A stretch of 64,000 nt of DNA, from IMG/VR virus record IMGVR_UViG_3300028608_000007, positions 1 through 64,000 of that record. One strand, written 5' to 3'. Position 1 is the stretch's first letter. Each line of letters starts with the position of its first letter. This document shows, piece after piece, positions 1-8,971 of the stretch. Below the pieces are notes generated by a model. The model was not told where the DNA came from and searched no databases. It worked only from the letters and a program-made list of their open reading frames with translations. Made by a program: the position numbers and the translations under genes. The stretch is from a virus.

Positions 1-79
1 TAGCTTTTGTTTGTCATCCAACATCGACTCGTACCGACGTCGAACGATGGAGGCAAAGAGATCCAGTATTTCTTGCATG

Positions 80-751
80 TCACTTGTCCAGTGTGTTGTC
101 GAGGTGGATGGTCTTGAGCAACACGGACAGTGTAGTCACCGACTTCACTTTGGTGCCGAATTGAGACAGGTACTCGAGGTTCACAGAGCCTGTGTCAATG
201 ATAGACCGGTTCATGGCGTTGAATGCCTTGGAGTCACCACCACGGAACTTGATCAACTCGGTAATGGTGGAATCCAGTCCCTGAGCAAACAACACCTGAA
301 GTTCCGGGAAGGAGATCTTCGATCCTTTGGAAGGACCGGTAGACTGACCCGAAAGCTCGTCGATGTGTTTGTTGTTCTCAGGGATGGTGGACTTACTTTC
401 CAGCAACTGGACCTGACGTCGCAACGGCAGATCAATCACGAGATACTTTACAGGCGTCTGGTAGAGCTGACCGGTGGTTGGGTCAGTCAAGAGCAAGTGC
501 TCGAAGAATTCGTGCCCCAACTCTTTAGCGATTGCCAGATTGCGCTGTAGGTCCAGTTTGTACTTGCCTAAGTTCGGGACGTTGATTGTGAGGGTTTCCT
601 CACCCGAATCCAGACGGTTGATGAAGTCACCGAATGCCTTGTCAGACATTGCCGCAAGGCTAGTCCGATAGAACTCAGTGTTCGGGCTTCCCGGCAAGAT
701 CTTGTCAATGTAGCGCAAGATCATATCGGTTGCAGCTTTGCGGTTTGCCAT
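80..751 (-). CDS. rpoB: Virion RNA polymerase beta-subunit C-terminal fragment (phiKZ gp149-like)
   Basis: ATG at 751 (MANRK...) gives 223 aa. KGSKISFPELQVL..GL..TITELIKFRGGD parallels the bacterial beta C-terminal GGQRFGEMEVWAL..YGA..TLQEMLTVKSDD segment. Confidence 0.75.
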   Translation of the reverse strand: MANRKAATDMILRYIDKILPGSPNTEFYRTSLAAMSDKAFGDFINRLDSGEETLTINVPNLGKYKLDLQRNLAIAKELGHEFFEHLLLTDPTTGQLYQTPVKYLVIDLPLRRQVQLLESKSTIPENNKHIDELSGQSTGPSKGSKISFPELQVLFAQGLDSTITELIKFRGGDSKAFNAMNRSIIDTGSVNLEYLSQFGTKVKSVTTLSVLLKTIHLDNTLDK

Positions 752-783
752 GGTTGCAGTCCTGATTCTTAATACCCATAGAA

Positions 784-1404
784 TCAGGTGGTCAAAGCGA
801 AGTTCAGATACGACACCCCATGAGCCCACGCCGTTTGTGCAAACGTTGAGGTCAGTTTGTCTGGAGTGGCGAAAGCGTCACGTCGCGTGAACTCTACCGC
901 ATGAGTTACGTGTTTGAACGCATGGTCCAGAGCTTCAAAAGCCAACTCAGGATCGCGAGGCAAACGCACACTACTAAATGGCAAACGATGCCGCTGGATC
1001 ACCGCAGTCATAGCGTTGAGGAAAGCTGGATCGCCAAGGAAGTGAACCGCAGCCCCCACACGAGGTTCTTCCGGGTCCCAACCTAAGTCTTCCAGCAAGC
1101 GCAACACTGTGTTCTCGATGTAGATCATCTCACCGGTAAAGCGTGGACAGTAAACCATCAAGTGAACGATGGAGTACATCCCTTGGGTGCAATGACGTAC
1201 ATCAGAGGAAGGTTGTGGTTCACCGCCTCGCGTGATGTTGATCTCCGACTCTTCGTCACCTCCACGGGTGATACTCATCGAGTGGATAGTTCCGATCCTG
1301 ACCGGTTGTCGCACGTATCCACCCTCTGGGGCTTGTGCGTAGTAGTCAACCGGTTGACCGCGTGGGTTCTGTCGGAGGAATTCTTCCAACGCTGGATTGT
1401 TCAT
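784..1404 (-). CDS. Hypothetical protein
   Basis: 206-aa ORF co-oriented and closely packed with neighbours. Confidence 0.6.
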   Translation of the reverse strand: MNNPALEEFLRQNPRGQPVDYYAQAPEGGYVRQPVRIGTIHSMSITRGGDEESEINITRGGEPQPSSDVRHCTQGMYSIVHLMVYCPRFTGEMIYIENTVLRLLEDLGWDPEEPRVGAAVHFLGDPAFLNAMTAVIQRHRLPFSSVRLPRDPELAFEALDHAFKHVTHAVEFTRRDAFATPDKLTSTFAQTAWAHGVSYLNFALTT

Positions 1405-1407
1405 AAC

Positions 1408-1713
1408 TCATTTCCAATCGGGTAGCCCATACGTCACAATGGTCTGGACTACGTGCTTATTGAAGAGACGCATCCACTCTTTCTCGCTGATGTCATCCAT
1501 CAAGCATTCACGCTCACGGATAGTGTCGACATTCAGCAAGCCGAGCTGAGTACGCAGGTAACGGTTCATATGGATGATAGCGTCACCGCCTACTGGAGTC
1601 GGTACGTAGTGTTGAGTGAACTGGGTAGCGCACTCAGGACTGCGCTTGTTAATGGAGGATACGACTGAGTTGTAAAGAGTTGACATTTTGGACACCTGTA
1701 AAGTGATGGGCAC
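1408..1713 (-). CDS. Hypothetical protein
   Basis: 101-aa ORF, AGGAGA-like RBS upstream, abuts next gene. Confidence 0.55.
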   Translation of the reverse strand: MPITLQVSKMSTLYNSVVSSINKRSPECATQFTQHYVPTPVGGDAIIHMNRYLRTQLGLLNVDTIRERECLMDDISEKEWMRLFNKHVVQTIVTYGLPDWK

Positions 1714-1757
1714 ATGACCTATATAGTTTCTCCTCTGTCTAAAGAATTACTACGTAC

Positions 1758-1788
1758 AAAAAAATAACCCAGTCGAAACCGGGTTATT
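1758..1788 (-). terminator. Intrinsic terminator
   Basis: AATAACCC/GGGTTATT stem with T-run on the minus strand, downstream of 1802-2188. Confidence 0.6.
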
Positions 1789-1801
1789 AAAGGGGCGGTG
1801 C

Positions 1802-2188
1802 TCAGCCGCGTTGAATCGTTTTCTCCAACTCCATGATCTCTAACATGAGAGGTTCATAGCGGAGATTCAGTCGATCGCCCATTGCGATTAAGCGGTCGAC
1901 TTGATGATTGCGGATTTCCGTGCGGCGGATCTGACCTTCAATCTCGAGTTTGATTTCACCCGTGAACTGCCAAAGCCAGATCATCACCGCAAGGTTATGT
2001 TGCAGCGCACCCATGAAGAACATCTTGATGAGTACTTCGAGGTGCTCATCAGTGACTTCACAGGTTTCTTCTTTGTCACGCACATAGTTCAACAGCTTCT
2101 TGATACGGTGGAACTTTTCCTGCATGCGGCGGGCTTCTGCCACTTTACCGACAATCAGGACTCTTGCAGCGTGAACTTTAGCGGTCAT
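1802..2188 (-). CDS. Hypothetical early protein
   Basis: 128-aa ORF with GGAG RBS in small-gene cassette. Confidence 0.6.
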   Translation of the reverse strand: MTAKVHAARVLIVGKVAEARRMQEKFHRIKKLLNYVRDKEETCEVTDEHLEVLIKMFFMGALQHNLAVMIWLWQFTGEIKLEIEGQIRRTEIRNHQVDRLIAMGDRLNLRYEPLMLEIMELEKTIQRG

Positions 2189-2217
2189 TCTAGTTCTCCG
2201 TAGAACTTGAGTTTAGA

Positions 2218-2562
2218 TTAGTGAGCGACGTTCAAGACGTCCCACACTTTGTGGCGTTCCCAGTCGCGGTAGGTTTCTACGCGATCTGCCATTGGGAGGT
2301 CTTCGCCGTTGAGCTTGAGGCCGATTGCGTTCTTGCTCAACACCAGTTGGTTGTTGAGGAACTCAATAGCGCACAGGTTAGCAGCGACACCATCGATCAA
2401 ACCGACCACAGTTTCCCATTCGCCTTCGTGGCCGAACAGGGCAACGTGAGTCAGACGGATGGGGCGTCGGGTTGCAGCGTCGATCACCAGGCCTTTCTCA
2501 GCCAGTACAGTGTCGATGATCGAGGTGTTACGCAGACGCAGAGTGTCGATTTTGTTTTCCAT
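2218..2562 (-). CDS. Hypothetical early protein
   Basis: 114-aa ORF, GGAGAG RBS. Confidence 0.65.
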   Translation of the reverse strand: MENKIDTLRLRNTSIIDTVLAEKGLVIDAATRRPIRLTHVALFGHEGEWETVVGLIDGVAANLCAIEFLNNQLVLSKNAIGLKLNGEDLPMADRVETYRDWERHKVWDVLNVAH

Positions 2563-2583
2563 GGTGTCTCTCCTTGAGGTTAT

Positions 2584-2901
2584 TTAGGCTTTTGCTTTGT
2601 TGTCCCACGATTGATAAAGCTTGATGGTCTTGGTGCGACCTTCAATAGCTTCGAGGCGGCGAGCCTGATCACGCTTGATTACAGTCAAGTCGTAGTTCAG
2701 GGATTCGAGGTAAATCTTTGCCATCTCGTTGTGGTCTGGTTGATCTTCGCGATTCACGCGATCGATCTCATCCACAATCTCATTGTACTTTTTGTTCTCT
2801 TCCACAACCAGACGGTTATGTTCTTCCTGAGCTTGAGCGATCAGGTTCAGGTCTTCTTGCCACACAGCTTCGGTGATCAGTTTCCAGAAGTGATTCATCA
2901 C
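2584..2901 (-). CDS. Hypothetical early protein (coiled-coil)
   Basis: 105-aa helical, charged ORF in cassette. Confidence 0.6.
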   Translation of the reverse strand: MMNHFWKLITEAVWQEDLNLIAQAQEEHNRLVVEENKKYNEIVDEIDRVNREDQPDHNEMAKIYLESLNYDLTVIKRDQARRLEAIEGRTKTIKLYQSWDNKAKA

Positions 2902-2908
2902 GCTTTCC

Positions 2909-3127
2909 TTAACGTTGGCCTTTGATCATTTCAAGATTGGTGAGTCCTTCGAGAAACACCGTGGTTTCAGTTGCGGCAGTGATAGGAGCCGCCACCGCAA
3001 AGGAACCTTTACTTGTGTCGCGGTAAATCGTGTGGGTACGGATGATCGTACCACGAGGAAGCACCATGGCGTAGGTAGTGGTATCGCCAGCTTCTTCCAA
3101 TACAACCCAAAGACTTGATTGTGCCAT
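2909..3127 (-). CDS. Hypothetical early protein
   Basis: 72-aa ORF filling cassette gap. Confidence 0.5.
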   Translation of the reverse strand: MAQSSLWVVLEEAGDTTTYAMVLPRGTIIRTHTIYRDTSKGSFAVAAPITAATETTVFLEGLTNLEMIKGQR

Positions 3128-3141
3128 TGCTACATTCCTTC

Positions 3142-3543
3142 TTAGGAAGTGAGTTTAGAAATCTCAGCGTTCAGCCGAGTTTGTTCATCCATTACTTGAT
3201 TGTAGTGGATGGTCACACGGTGCATGCACTCCATCGTTTTACGGACGAAGTGTTGGGTGCGTTTCTGACCCGCTATCGCCTTATCGATATCGCTACCGAT
3301 TTGATTGATGACAGCAGTCCAGTAAGCAATCCGCAGTTGATCCATTTCGGCTATCGCGCAGATGACGATCTGAAGGCACGTCTTCATGTCTTCTTCGGTG
3401 TAGTGTAGCTCACGTGGAAGACTGGCAACCTTCTCTAACAGCTTCCTGATCCGCTTGATCTTTTGGTGATCTTGAATCAGGATTTCATGATTCTGTTGAA
3501 CTTGGTTAGCAAGTTGTTTCACTTGGGCTAAGCTCATGGTCAT
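3142..3543 (-). CDS. Hypothetical early protein (coiled-coil)
   Basis: 133-aa ORF, AAGGA RBS, first gene after promoter motif at 3600-3626. Confidence 0.65.
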   Translation of the reverse strand: MTMSLAQVKQLANQVQQNHEILIQDHQKIKRIRKLLEKVASLPRELHYTEEDMKTCLQIVICAIAEMDQLRIAYWTAVINQIGSDIDKAIAGQKRTQHFVRKTMECMHRVTIHYNQVMDEQTRLNAEISKLTS

Positions 3544-3599
3544 TTCCTTCTGAGGACAAATAGATTAGATGAAAGGGATTTGTTATCCTATTCACTGTG

Positions 3600-3626
3600 G
3601 TATTATGTATCTGAAATTTCTTTAAA
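3600..3626 (-). promoter_or_regulatory. Putative phage early promoter (variant)
   Basis: Minus strand TTTAAAG-N7-AGATACATAATAC; same 27-nt architecture as copies at 55149 and 61268. Confidence 0.5.
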
Positions 3627-3635
3627 TCGACTTTG

Positions 3636-3670
3636 CGGCATAAAAGCCTAGGGGACCGAAATCCCCTAGG
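3636..3670 (-). terminator. Hairpin + TTTTATGCCG terminator-like element
   Basis: CCTAGGGGA/TCCCCTAGG stem directly after the stop of 3673-3918. Confidence 0.7.
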
Positions 3671-3672
3671 AC

Positions 3673-3918
3673 TTAGTGTTTCTTGAACATGAAAGCTTGG
3701 TAGTTGGTACCATCCCACCAAACCCAATGTCCAGAGAGCTTGTCACGCTTGATGAACTTCCAACGTTTCCCGGTGCGACGACTGACTCCACCGTTCCACA
3801 TTATCTTCTCGTCAAGCCACAGTCCGCCCACAATCGCAAGGCCCGCTGCCACAATTATGGCTAAGAGCAACGCTGACGTTTGGGCAGCTTTGAGTAGGTC
3901 CTCCGGGGAAATCTCCAT
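3673..3918 (-). CDS. Small membrane protein
   Basis: ATG at 3918 with GGAGAG RBS; hydrophobic segment ALLLAIIVAAGLAIVGGLW. Confidence 0.55.
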   Translation of the reverse strand: MEISPEDLLKAAQTSALLLAIIVAAGLAIVGGLWLDEKIMWNGGVSRRTGKRWKFIKRDKLSGHWVWWDGTNYQAFMFKKH

Positions 3919-4065
3919 GACGCGCTCTCCGTGAAGCAATGGTCAACAACCAGTTGAGCAAACGACCACCTCGCTTATTCGTCTGCTCCATATTGGCAAT
4001 GCGATCAGCCGTCACTACATCAAAGCACCGATCGTACAGTTTCTGACGCGGTGAACGAAAGTCCA

Positions 4066-5448
4066 TTACACAGCCCACTTAGGCTTGTACTCGCCCTTAG
4101 CCATGCGCAGGAGGTCCAGAGTCGAACAGAAGTCTTGAGGGTTCTTGTTCTCTTCGAAGTCCCACCAGCCGCGAGTGCTCAGGATCTGGTCCATGTTGAA
4201 GCCTTTCTCTTTGAGCTTGGCGTGAAGCTCAGCAGGTTCCATCATCAGACCACGAGCTTGGATGAAGCCCAAGTTCTCCATCTGACACAGTTCCGAAGAG
4301 ATCTCCATAGCACGCTGGAGTTTCGGATCTTCTTTGATCCTGCCGCGCACAGTGGTACGCTGCATGGTCACGTCAGGGTACAGGTCCATGAAGTAAGCAC
4401 GGTCGTGACCACCAATGCCGTACTTGAAGAACTTGCAGTAGTTGAACTCGGACAGACCCACCAGCAAACCTTCACGCTGTGAGTAGATCACCTCGAACGG
4501 CATACCGGTAGGACCAGCCTTTGCCCGCAGGTTTTGCAGGAGCAGCAAGTTCAGGTCGGTGTCGCCTTTCAGGTTATCATCAGCATCAGCCGGGAACTCA
4601 GGTGCCTTGGTGGTGGCGTTCTGGAGTACGGAGACGCTGTTGCAGTACCACAGGTTGTTGGTGAGGAACGTGAACTTCTCCGGCACGTTCTTGAAGACGT
4701 TCTTGCCTTTGAGGAAGGCGAGCTTCTTCGGATCAGGTGCGTACGGATCGAGCTGGTGTTTGTCACCAACGTGGGCAGTAGCGATCAGCAGGTTGTTCGC
4801 GCCAGCAGTCAGGTTCGGCAACTGCATCAGCATCTGAGTTTTGGCCGCAGCCGAACGCAGTGCGTCAGTGTTGGCACCCGAGTCGCCGATCTCGTTCTTC
4901 TCGTAGATGCCTTCCACCGAGTCGGTGATGAACATACTGAGAGAATCCACCTCGAACAAGTGAGGCAGAATGGTGGTGATGAAGTCGCCTTTGTTGTCGA
5001 TGAAAGGCGTGGTGCGCTTGAGGTTCTTGGCCTCTTTGCGTTTCATGTGCGACAGATCGCGGAACTTGTCGAACCACTTGTTGCCCGACATTTGTACGGA
5101 GTCGGTCAGGATCAGTTGTTTCTCTTCTGCCAAGTCGCGCTCGGCCAGATTGAGGAACTGCATGGCCAACTGGTACAGGCGGGCCAGGGTCATGGAAGTC
5201 TCGGTATCGTAGAAGTTGGCCCGAGCCAGATAACGAGACATGATGCGCAGGATCATGAAGTGGGCAATCAGGGATTTACCCATGTTGCCACGACCTGCGA
5301 TACCGGTGAAGTGAGCAAGACCTCCGTTAAGGATCATCTCGCCGTCTTTACCTTCGAAGTATCGTCCGGTCGGAATATCGAACAGGCAGCCCAGGTTAAA
5401 GAAAGGGCGCAGCCGTGGGGCCTGCTCGAAAAAGTCGTCTAATTCCAT
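4066..5448 (-). CDS. UvsX/RecA/RadA-like recombinase (phiKZ gp152-like)
   Basis: Walker A GIAGRGNMGKS, FEVDSLS Walker-B-like motif; 460 aa; synteny. Confidence 0.85.
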   Translation of the reverse strand: MELDDFFEQAPRLRPFFNLGCLFDIPTGRYFEGKDGEMILNGGLAHFTGIAGRGNMGKSLIAHFMILRIMSRYLARANFYDTETSMTLARLYQLAMQFLNLAERDLAEEKQLILTDSVQMSGNKWFDKFRDLSHMKRKEAKNLKRTTPFIDNKGDFITTILPHLFEVDSLSMFITDSVEGIYEKNEIGDSGANTDALRSAAAKTQMLMQLPNLTAGANNLLIATAHVGDKHQLDPYAPDPKKLAFLKGKNVFKNVPEKFTFLTNNLWYCNSVSVLQNATTKAPEFPADADDNLKGDTDLNLLLLQNLRAKAGPTGMPFEVIYSQREGLLVGLSEFNYCKFFKYGIGGHDRAYFMDLYPDVTMQRTTVRGRIKEDPKLQRAMEISSELCQMENLGFIQARGLMMEPAELHAKLKEKGFNMDQILSTRGWWDFEENKNPQDFCSTLDLLRMAKGEYKPKWAV

Positions 5449-5558
5449 GCGGTTGGACTCACTGAGGTGAAAAGTGGATGCGTTGAACTCACTAGATAGG
5501 TCCTAGGAGTTTAATTTTATGTGTCTTTGCTCTAACTTGAGCTTTCCCTATTTACAGG

Positions 5559-6377
5559 ATGGAAACCATGCAGATCTCCCTTGAACAACAGGCCAGCGTC
5601 CTGTCGATGGAAGCTTTCAACCTGCGAGCGTCTCTGACGGCCTTGACCAAGGTCTTCCCAGCGTACGCCCGTGGTATCAGCGACACCATTCAGTCGTACC
5701 TCGCTAATGACCAGCAAACTATCCCGCTGGTTCGTGTAAAGATCAAAACCAAGATCGCACACAATATCGATTATAGCGCACACCGAAAAACTGTGATCTA
5801 CGGACCACAGGGTTTGAAGGTGACCTACCTCGAATACCTCGAGGCAATCGAAGCGTCGGTAGACATCGCCAAGCACGTACACGATAACCAACTGGTGCCT
5901 TTCAACGGTTGGGTTACCAAGCTGCTGGGTAGCCCGGAAGAGCTGTCGAGCATCAACCCGAAGGACATCCTCAAGCTGGACGAGTCCGATCTCGATAAGG
6001 CTAAGAGCCAGCTCGAGAAGTGCGTGAACCGTGCGAACTCGCAGACCAGCCACGAATACGGCAAACTGGTTAAACAGAACGCCGAGTGGGACCTGATCCT
6101 CGAGAAGACCAACGCGCTGATCGTAGCTTACCAAGCAGTGGACCGTAAGAAGCTGCTGGATGAAGTTGAGCTGCTGAACGACCAACTGCTGCGTCTGGCT
6201 GATCGCATCAAGGAGGACCCGGACACCTACAAGGCTTCGGGTGTGACCATCTCTGAACTGGCTAAGCGTTGCCTGCTGATGGCTCGCTTCGTTGAGTTCT
6301 ACTCGATCACCGGCTTCCTGCTGACTGAGCTGTCCACCACTGTGCAACAGTCCTTCGACGCCATCGAGCGTCTGTAA
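5559..6377 (+). CDS. Putative virion head protein (phiKZ gp153-like)
   Basis: 272 aa; N-terminal ISLE and LSME candidate prohead-protease sites; position next to the recombinase. Confidence 0.55.
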   Translation: METMQISLEQQASVLSMEAFNLRASLTALTKVFPAYARGISDTIQSYLANDQQTIPLVRVKIKTKIAHNIDYSAHRKTVIYGPQGLKVTYLEYLEAIEASVDIAKHVHDNQLVPFNGWVTKLLGSPEELSSINPKDILKLDESDLDKAKSQLEKCVNRANSQTSHEYGKLVKQNAEWDLILEKTNALIVAYQAVDRKKLLDEVELLNDQLLRLADRIKEDPDTYKASGVTISELAKRCLLMARFVEFYSITGFLLTELSTTVQQSFDAIERL

Positions 6378-6430
6378 GCGTCATAAAGACTGACTCCCCA
6401 GGATCACCTTGGGGAGTCAGTCTTGTATGC
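6378..6430. terminator. Bidirectional terminator-like hairpin
   Basis: AAGACTGACTCCCCA/TGGGGAGTCAGTCTT stem between convergent genes, flanked by TCATA and TATGC. Confidence 0.75.
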
Positions 6431-6436
6431 TGGGTA

Positions 6437-6844
6437 TTACGCTAAGCCCAGTTTTGCCGTTTGCATCACAGTACGGGCATCGTCTAGCATCTGCTTGACA
6501 TCGTCGTATTGCAACCACTTCGGCATTTGTTCCACTACCTTCAACGAGCACGCATCGAGTGATCCTGTTGCGACCGTTTCGTCCAGGTTACAGCCGCCCC
6601 AAATGGTGCGAGCCAGTAGAGCCGGGACTTCAAGAGCTTCCTTGGAAGAAGACAGAGACATCTTCTCATTCAGGACTTCCAGCTCTTGCAGTTCGTTGTG
6701 GGTAAGGTGCTTGAGCCCAGCAAAGAGACTGACTGCGAACAGCAGTCTCTTACCGTACCGTGGCAACCCCACCCGAAGAAGACGTAGTAACAAGCGCCGG
6801 TTAAGACCAGCCACCGCCTTCGTTAGGGAGGTAATAGGGTTCAT
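6437..6844 (-). CDS. Hypothetical protein
   Basis: 135-aa ORF following RNase H. Confidence 0.5.
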   Translation of the reverse strand: MNPITSLTKAVAGLNRRLLLRLLRVGLPRYGKRLLFAVSLFAGLKHLTHNELQELEVLNEKMSLSSSKEALEVPALLARTIWGGCNLDETVATGSLDACSLKVVEQMPKWLQYDDVKQMLDDARTVMQTAKLGLA

Positions 6845-6857
6845 AGGTCATTCTCAT

Positions 6858-8411
6858 TCAACTGGTCAGTAGACAGATGTTGGAATAGATGCCAGCCCAG
6901 ATCCCAATGTCATCATCCGTTTTGATGATGGTAGCGTAGCGGAATGCCGCATCGCTCTCACGCCATGTGATCAGGTACACCCTCGGATTGTTCGCTGCCA
7001 GCGCAGACAACGTGTTGCGGTTGGCAATGTCCATCCCGATGGTGATTGGCAATTTGAACTGGCCCGACTTCGCACCTGTGTGGTAAGGCGCTTCAATCTC
7101 AATGCGTTTAAGCGCACTGTTGATCGTAGACCGGAGTTTTGTAACAGACTTGTTCTTCTTGACTTCCGTCTCGTAAAACAGGTCGGTGATTTCATGGTGA
7201 AGAAAGGTTTGCCCGATCGGTACACAGATCGCTTTATCACTGATGAAATCAAGCAGCATGTTCTCCATTACAGCCATCGACTGCATAACACGGAAAGCAA
7301 TGCGTGGAGGTTTCAGGTCCTTGGTCAACTGAAGTGGAGACTCACCAGGCATGAACAGGTCCATCTTCCCCCAGTTTTTACACTGTAGGAATTGGTCACC
7401 ATATCGTTCCAACTCAGCGTACACTTTACCGCCTAAGACGTTGTTCAGACGTCCGACCACCATGCTGTTAAAACCACCGGTGTCCAGAGAGTCTTGATAC
7501 TTCGTCAACATCTCCATTACCGGATCACGCTCCTTGAGGAACAGAACCGAGAACGAAGCATCACTGATCTTCTTCCCACAGAAATCGTCTTCCGATCCGT
7601 GGTCGCCGAGGTAGTACACCACACGCCCATCAGGCGCAACCTGAGTCCCACCCACATTGGTATTGAAGTACCAGTATGGAAGAGAGAACATGCGGTTGTA
7701 CGTGGACTTAACCGCCCAGTAACCTTTGGCTTCTGAGAAGAAGACTTCACGCACTTTCAACTCTTTCTTGCCAGCGATGATTGCAGCACCGGCCAGATAG
7801 TCTACAGTGTCGTTACCAAGATCGCCTGAGTGACCCCGAACCCAACGAGTGAAGATCTGAGTCCCACGAGATTGCAGAACATCGACCGCAGCAACGATCT
7901 GCTGCCACAGCTCTTTGTTTGCAATAGGAGTTTGGTCTGGTCTGCACCAGCCATTGGCCTGCCACTTACGCGACCAGTTGAGCAAGCCATTCAAGGCGTA
8001 CTTACTGTCCGGTATCAGCATGACCGACGCCACCTTCTCTTGGATGGCTATTTGTAAAGCCTCCAACAGAGCCGTGGTTTCAGCTTCGTTGTTCGTGGAT
8101 TCCGGGATCAACGATCCATACCCCGAGACATAACGTAGGGGTGTTACAGTTTGGATTTGTGGATCGTCGTACCGCTCGACCTCTGGATCACGGTCGGTCG
8201 GTTTGTAGTTGAAGAAGGCCATCCCCGGTTGACCTTCATCTGGGTCGATGTACCCAAAGTTGGTAACCAGAGCAGGTGCGCCGGTCCCTTGCTTCGACTT
8301 TTCAGTCGTGTAGGTGTAACCATGAATGGCCCACCCACCAGTCCCACGAGATGGTTTGCAACCACCATCTGTGTAGATCACGGCATGCACCGCTTGCTCA
8401 TTGTTACTCAT
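6858..8411 (-). CDS. rnhA: Ribonuclease HI with C-terminal extension (phiKZ gp155-like)
   Basis: IYTDGGC..G.GGW, STNNEAE, PDSKY, NKELWQQI, WVRGHSG..GND..D catalytic motifs. Confidence 0.9.
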   Translation of the reverse strand: MSNNEQAVHAVIYTDGGCKPSRGTGGWAIHGYTYTTEKSKQGTGAPALVTNFGYIDPDEGQPGMAFFNYKPTDRDPEVERYDDPQIQTVTPLRYVSGYGSLIPESTNNEAETTALLEALQIAIQEKVASVMLIPDSKYALNGLLNWSRKWQANGWCRPDQTPIANKELWQQIVAAVDVLQSRGTQIFTRWVRGHSGDLGNDTVDYLAGAAIIAGKKELKVREVFFSEAKGYWAVKSTYNRMFSLPYWYFNTNVGGTQVAPDGRVVYYLGDHGSEDDFCGKKISDASFSVLFLKERDPVMEMLTKYQDSLDTGGFNSMVVGRLNNVLGGKVYAELERYGDQFLQCKNWGKMDLFMPGESPLQLTKDLKPPRIAFRVMQSMAVMENMLLDFISDKAICVPIGQTFLHHEITDLFYETEVKKNKSVTKLRSTINSALKRIEIEAPYHTGAKSGQFKLPITIGMDIANRNTLSALAANNPRVYLITWRESDAAFRYATIIKTDDDIGIWAGIYSNICLLTS

Positions 8412-8466
8412 TGGTCCCTACCCAAAAATTGGCTTTACTCAAGAGATTACTGCATCGAGTAATCCC

Positions 8467-8919
8467 TTACTTCCGGCCAGGTTTGTGAGTTCGCTCGTAG
8501 TCAAGGTTAGCTTGCACGTCAGCCAAACGCTGTTCCAGAGAGGTCTGGGTCGCTCGACTGATGGCTAAGTCAATCTCAAGTTGATGAGCTTCTCCACGGT
8601 TGGTCTCATACTTCCCGACCAGTACTGCATGGTCAGTGATGAGTTGTTCGTATTTGGCAGTAGTTTCCCTACTTTCCCGCAACAGTCGATCGTACAATCG
8701 AGCGTATTCCTCAGCCGTGCGTGCATTACCAATGGTCAGCAACAGCAGAACCAACGACGATGCCAACAGGGTGACGATGCTCTTGTTGCTACGGACTGCT
8801 AATTGGAAGTCCTTGTTCCTGAAGAATACTTCCCTCAGAAAAGGCCACAGTTTCAAAAGAAACTTAAAAAGAAGGACAGTATTCCCGATCATCTTTGGTT
8901 TGCTCCGTTCAAACCCCAA
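8467..8919 (-). CDS. Membrane-anchored coiled-coil protein
   Basis: Hydrophobic IVTLLASSLVLLLLTIG followed by heptad-like helix. Confidence 0.5.
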   Translation of the reverse strand: MGFERSKPKMIGNTVLLFKFLLKLWPFLREVFFRNKDFQLAVRSNKSIVTLLASSLVLLLLTIGNARTAEEYARLYDRLLRESRETTAKYEQLITDHAVLVGKYETNRGEAHQLEIDLAISRATQTSLEQRLADVQANLDYERTHKPGRK

Positions 8920-8971
8920 GAATGGTATAGGTAATTTACTTTACTTACACCCTCCCCACGAAGAGGTCTTT

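Noticed and set aside
8600-8971. N-terminal extension of the 563-aa ORF call
   Set aside because: Overlaps the opposite-strand gene; ATG 8972 with GAGG RBS is the better start
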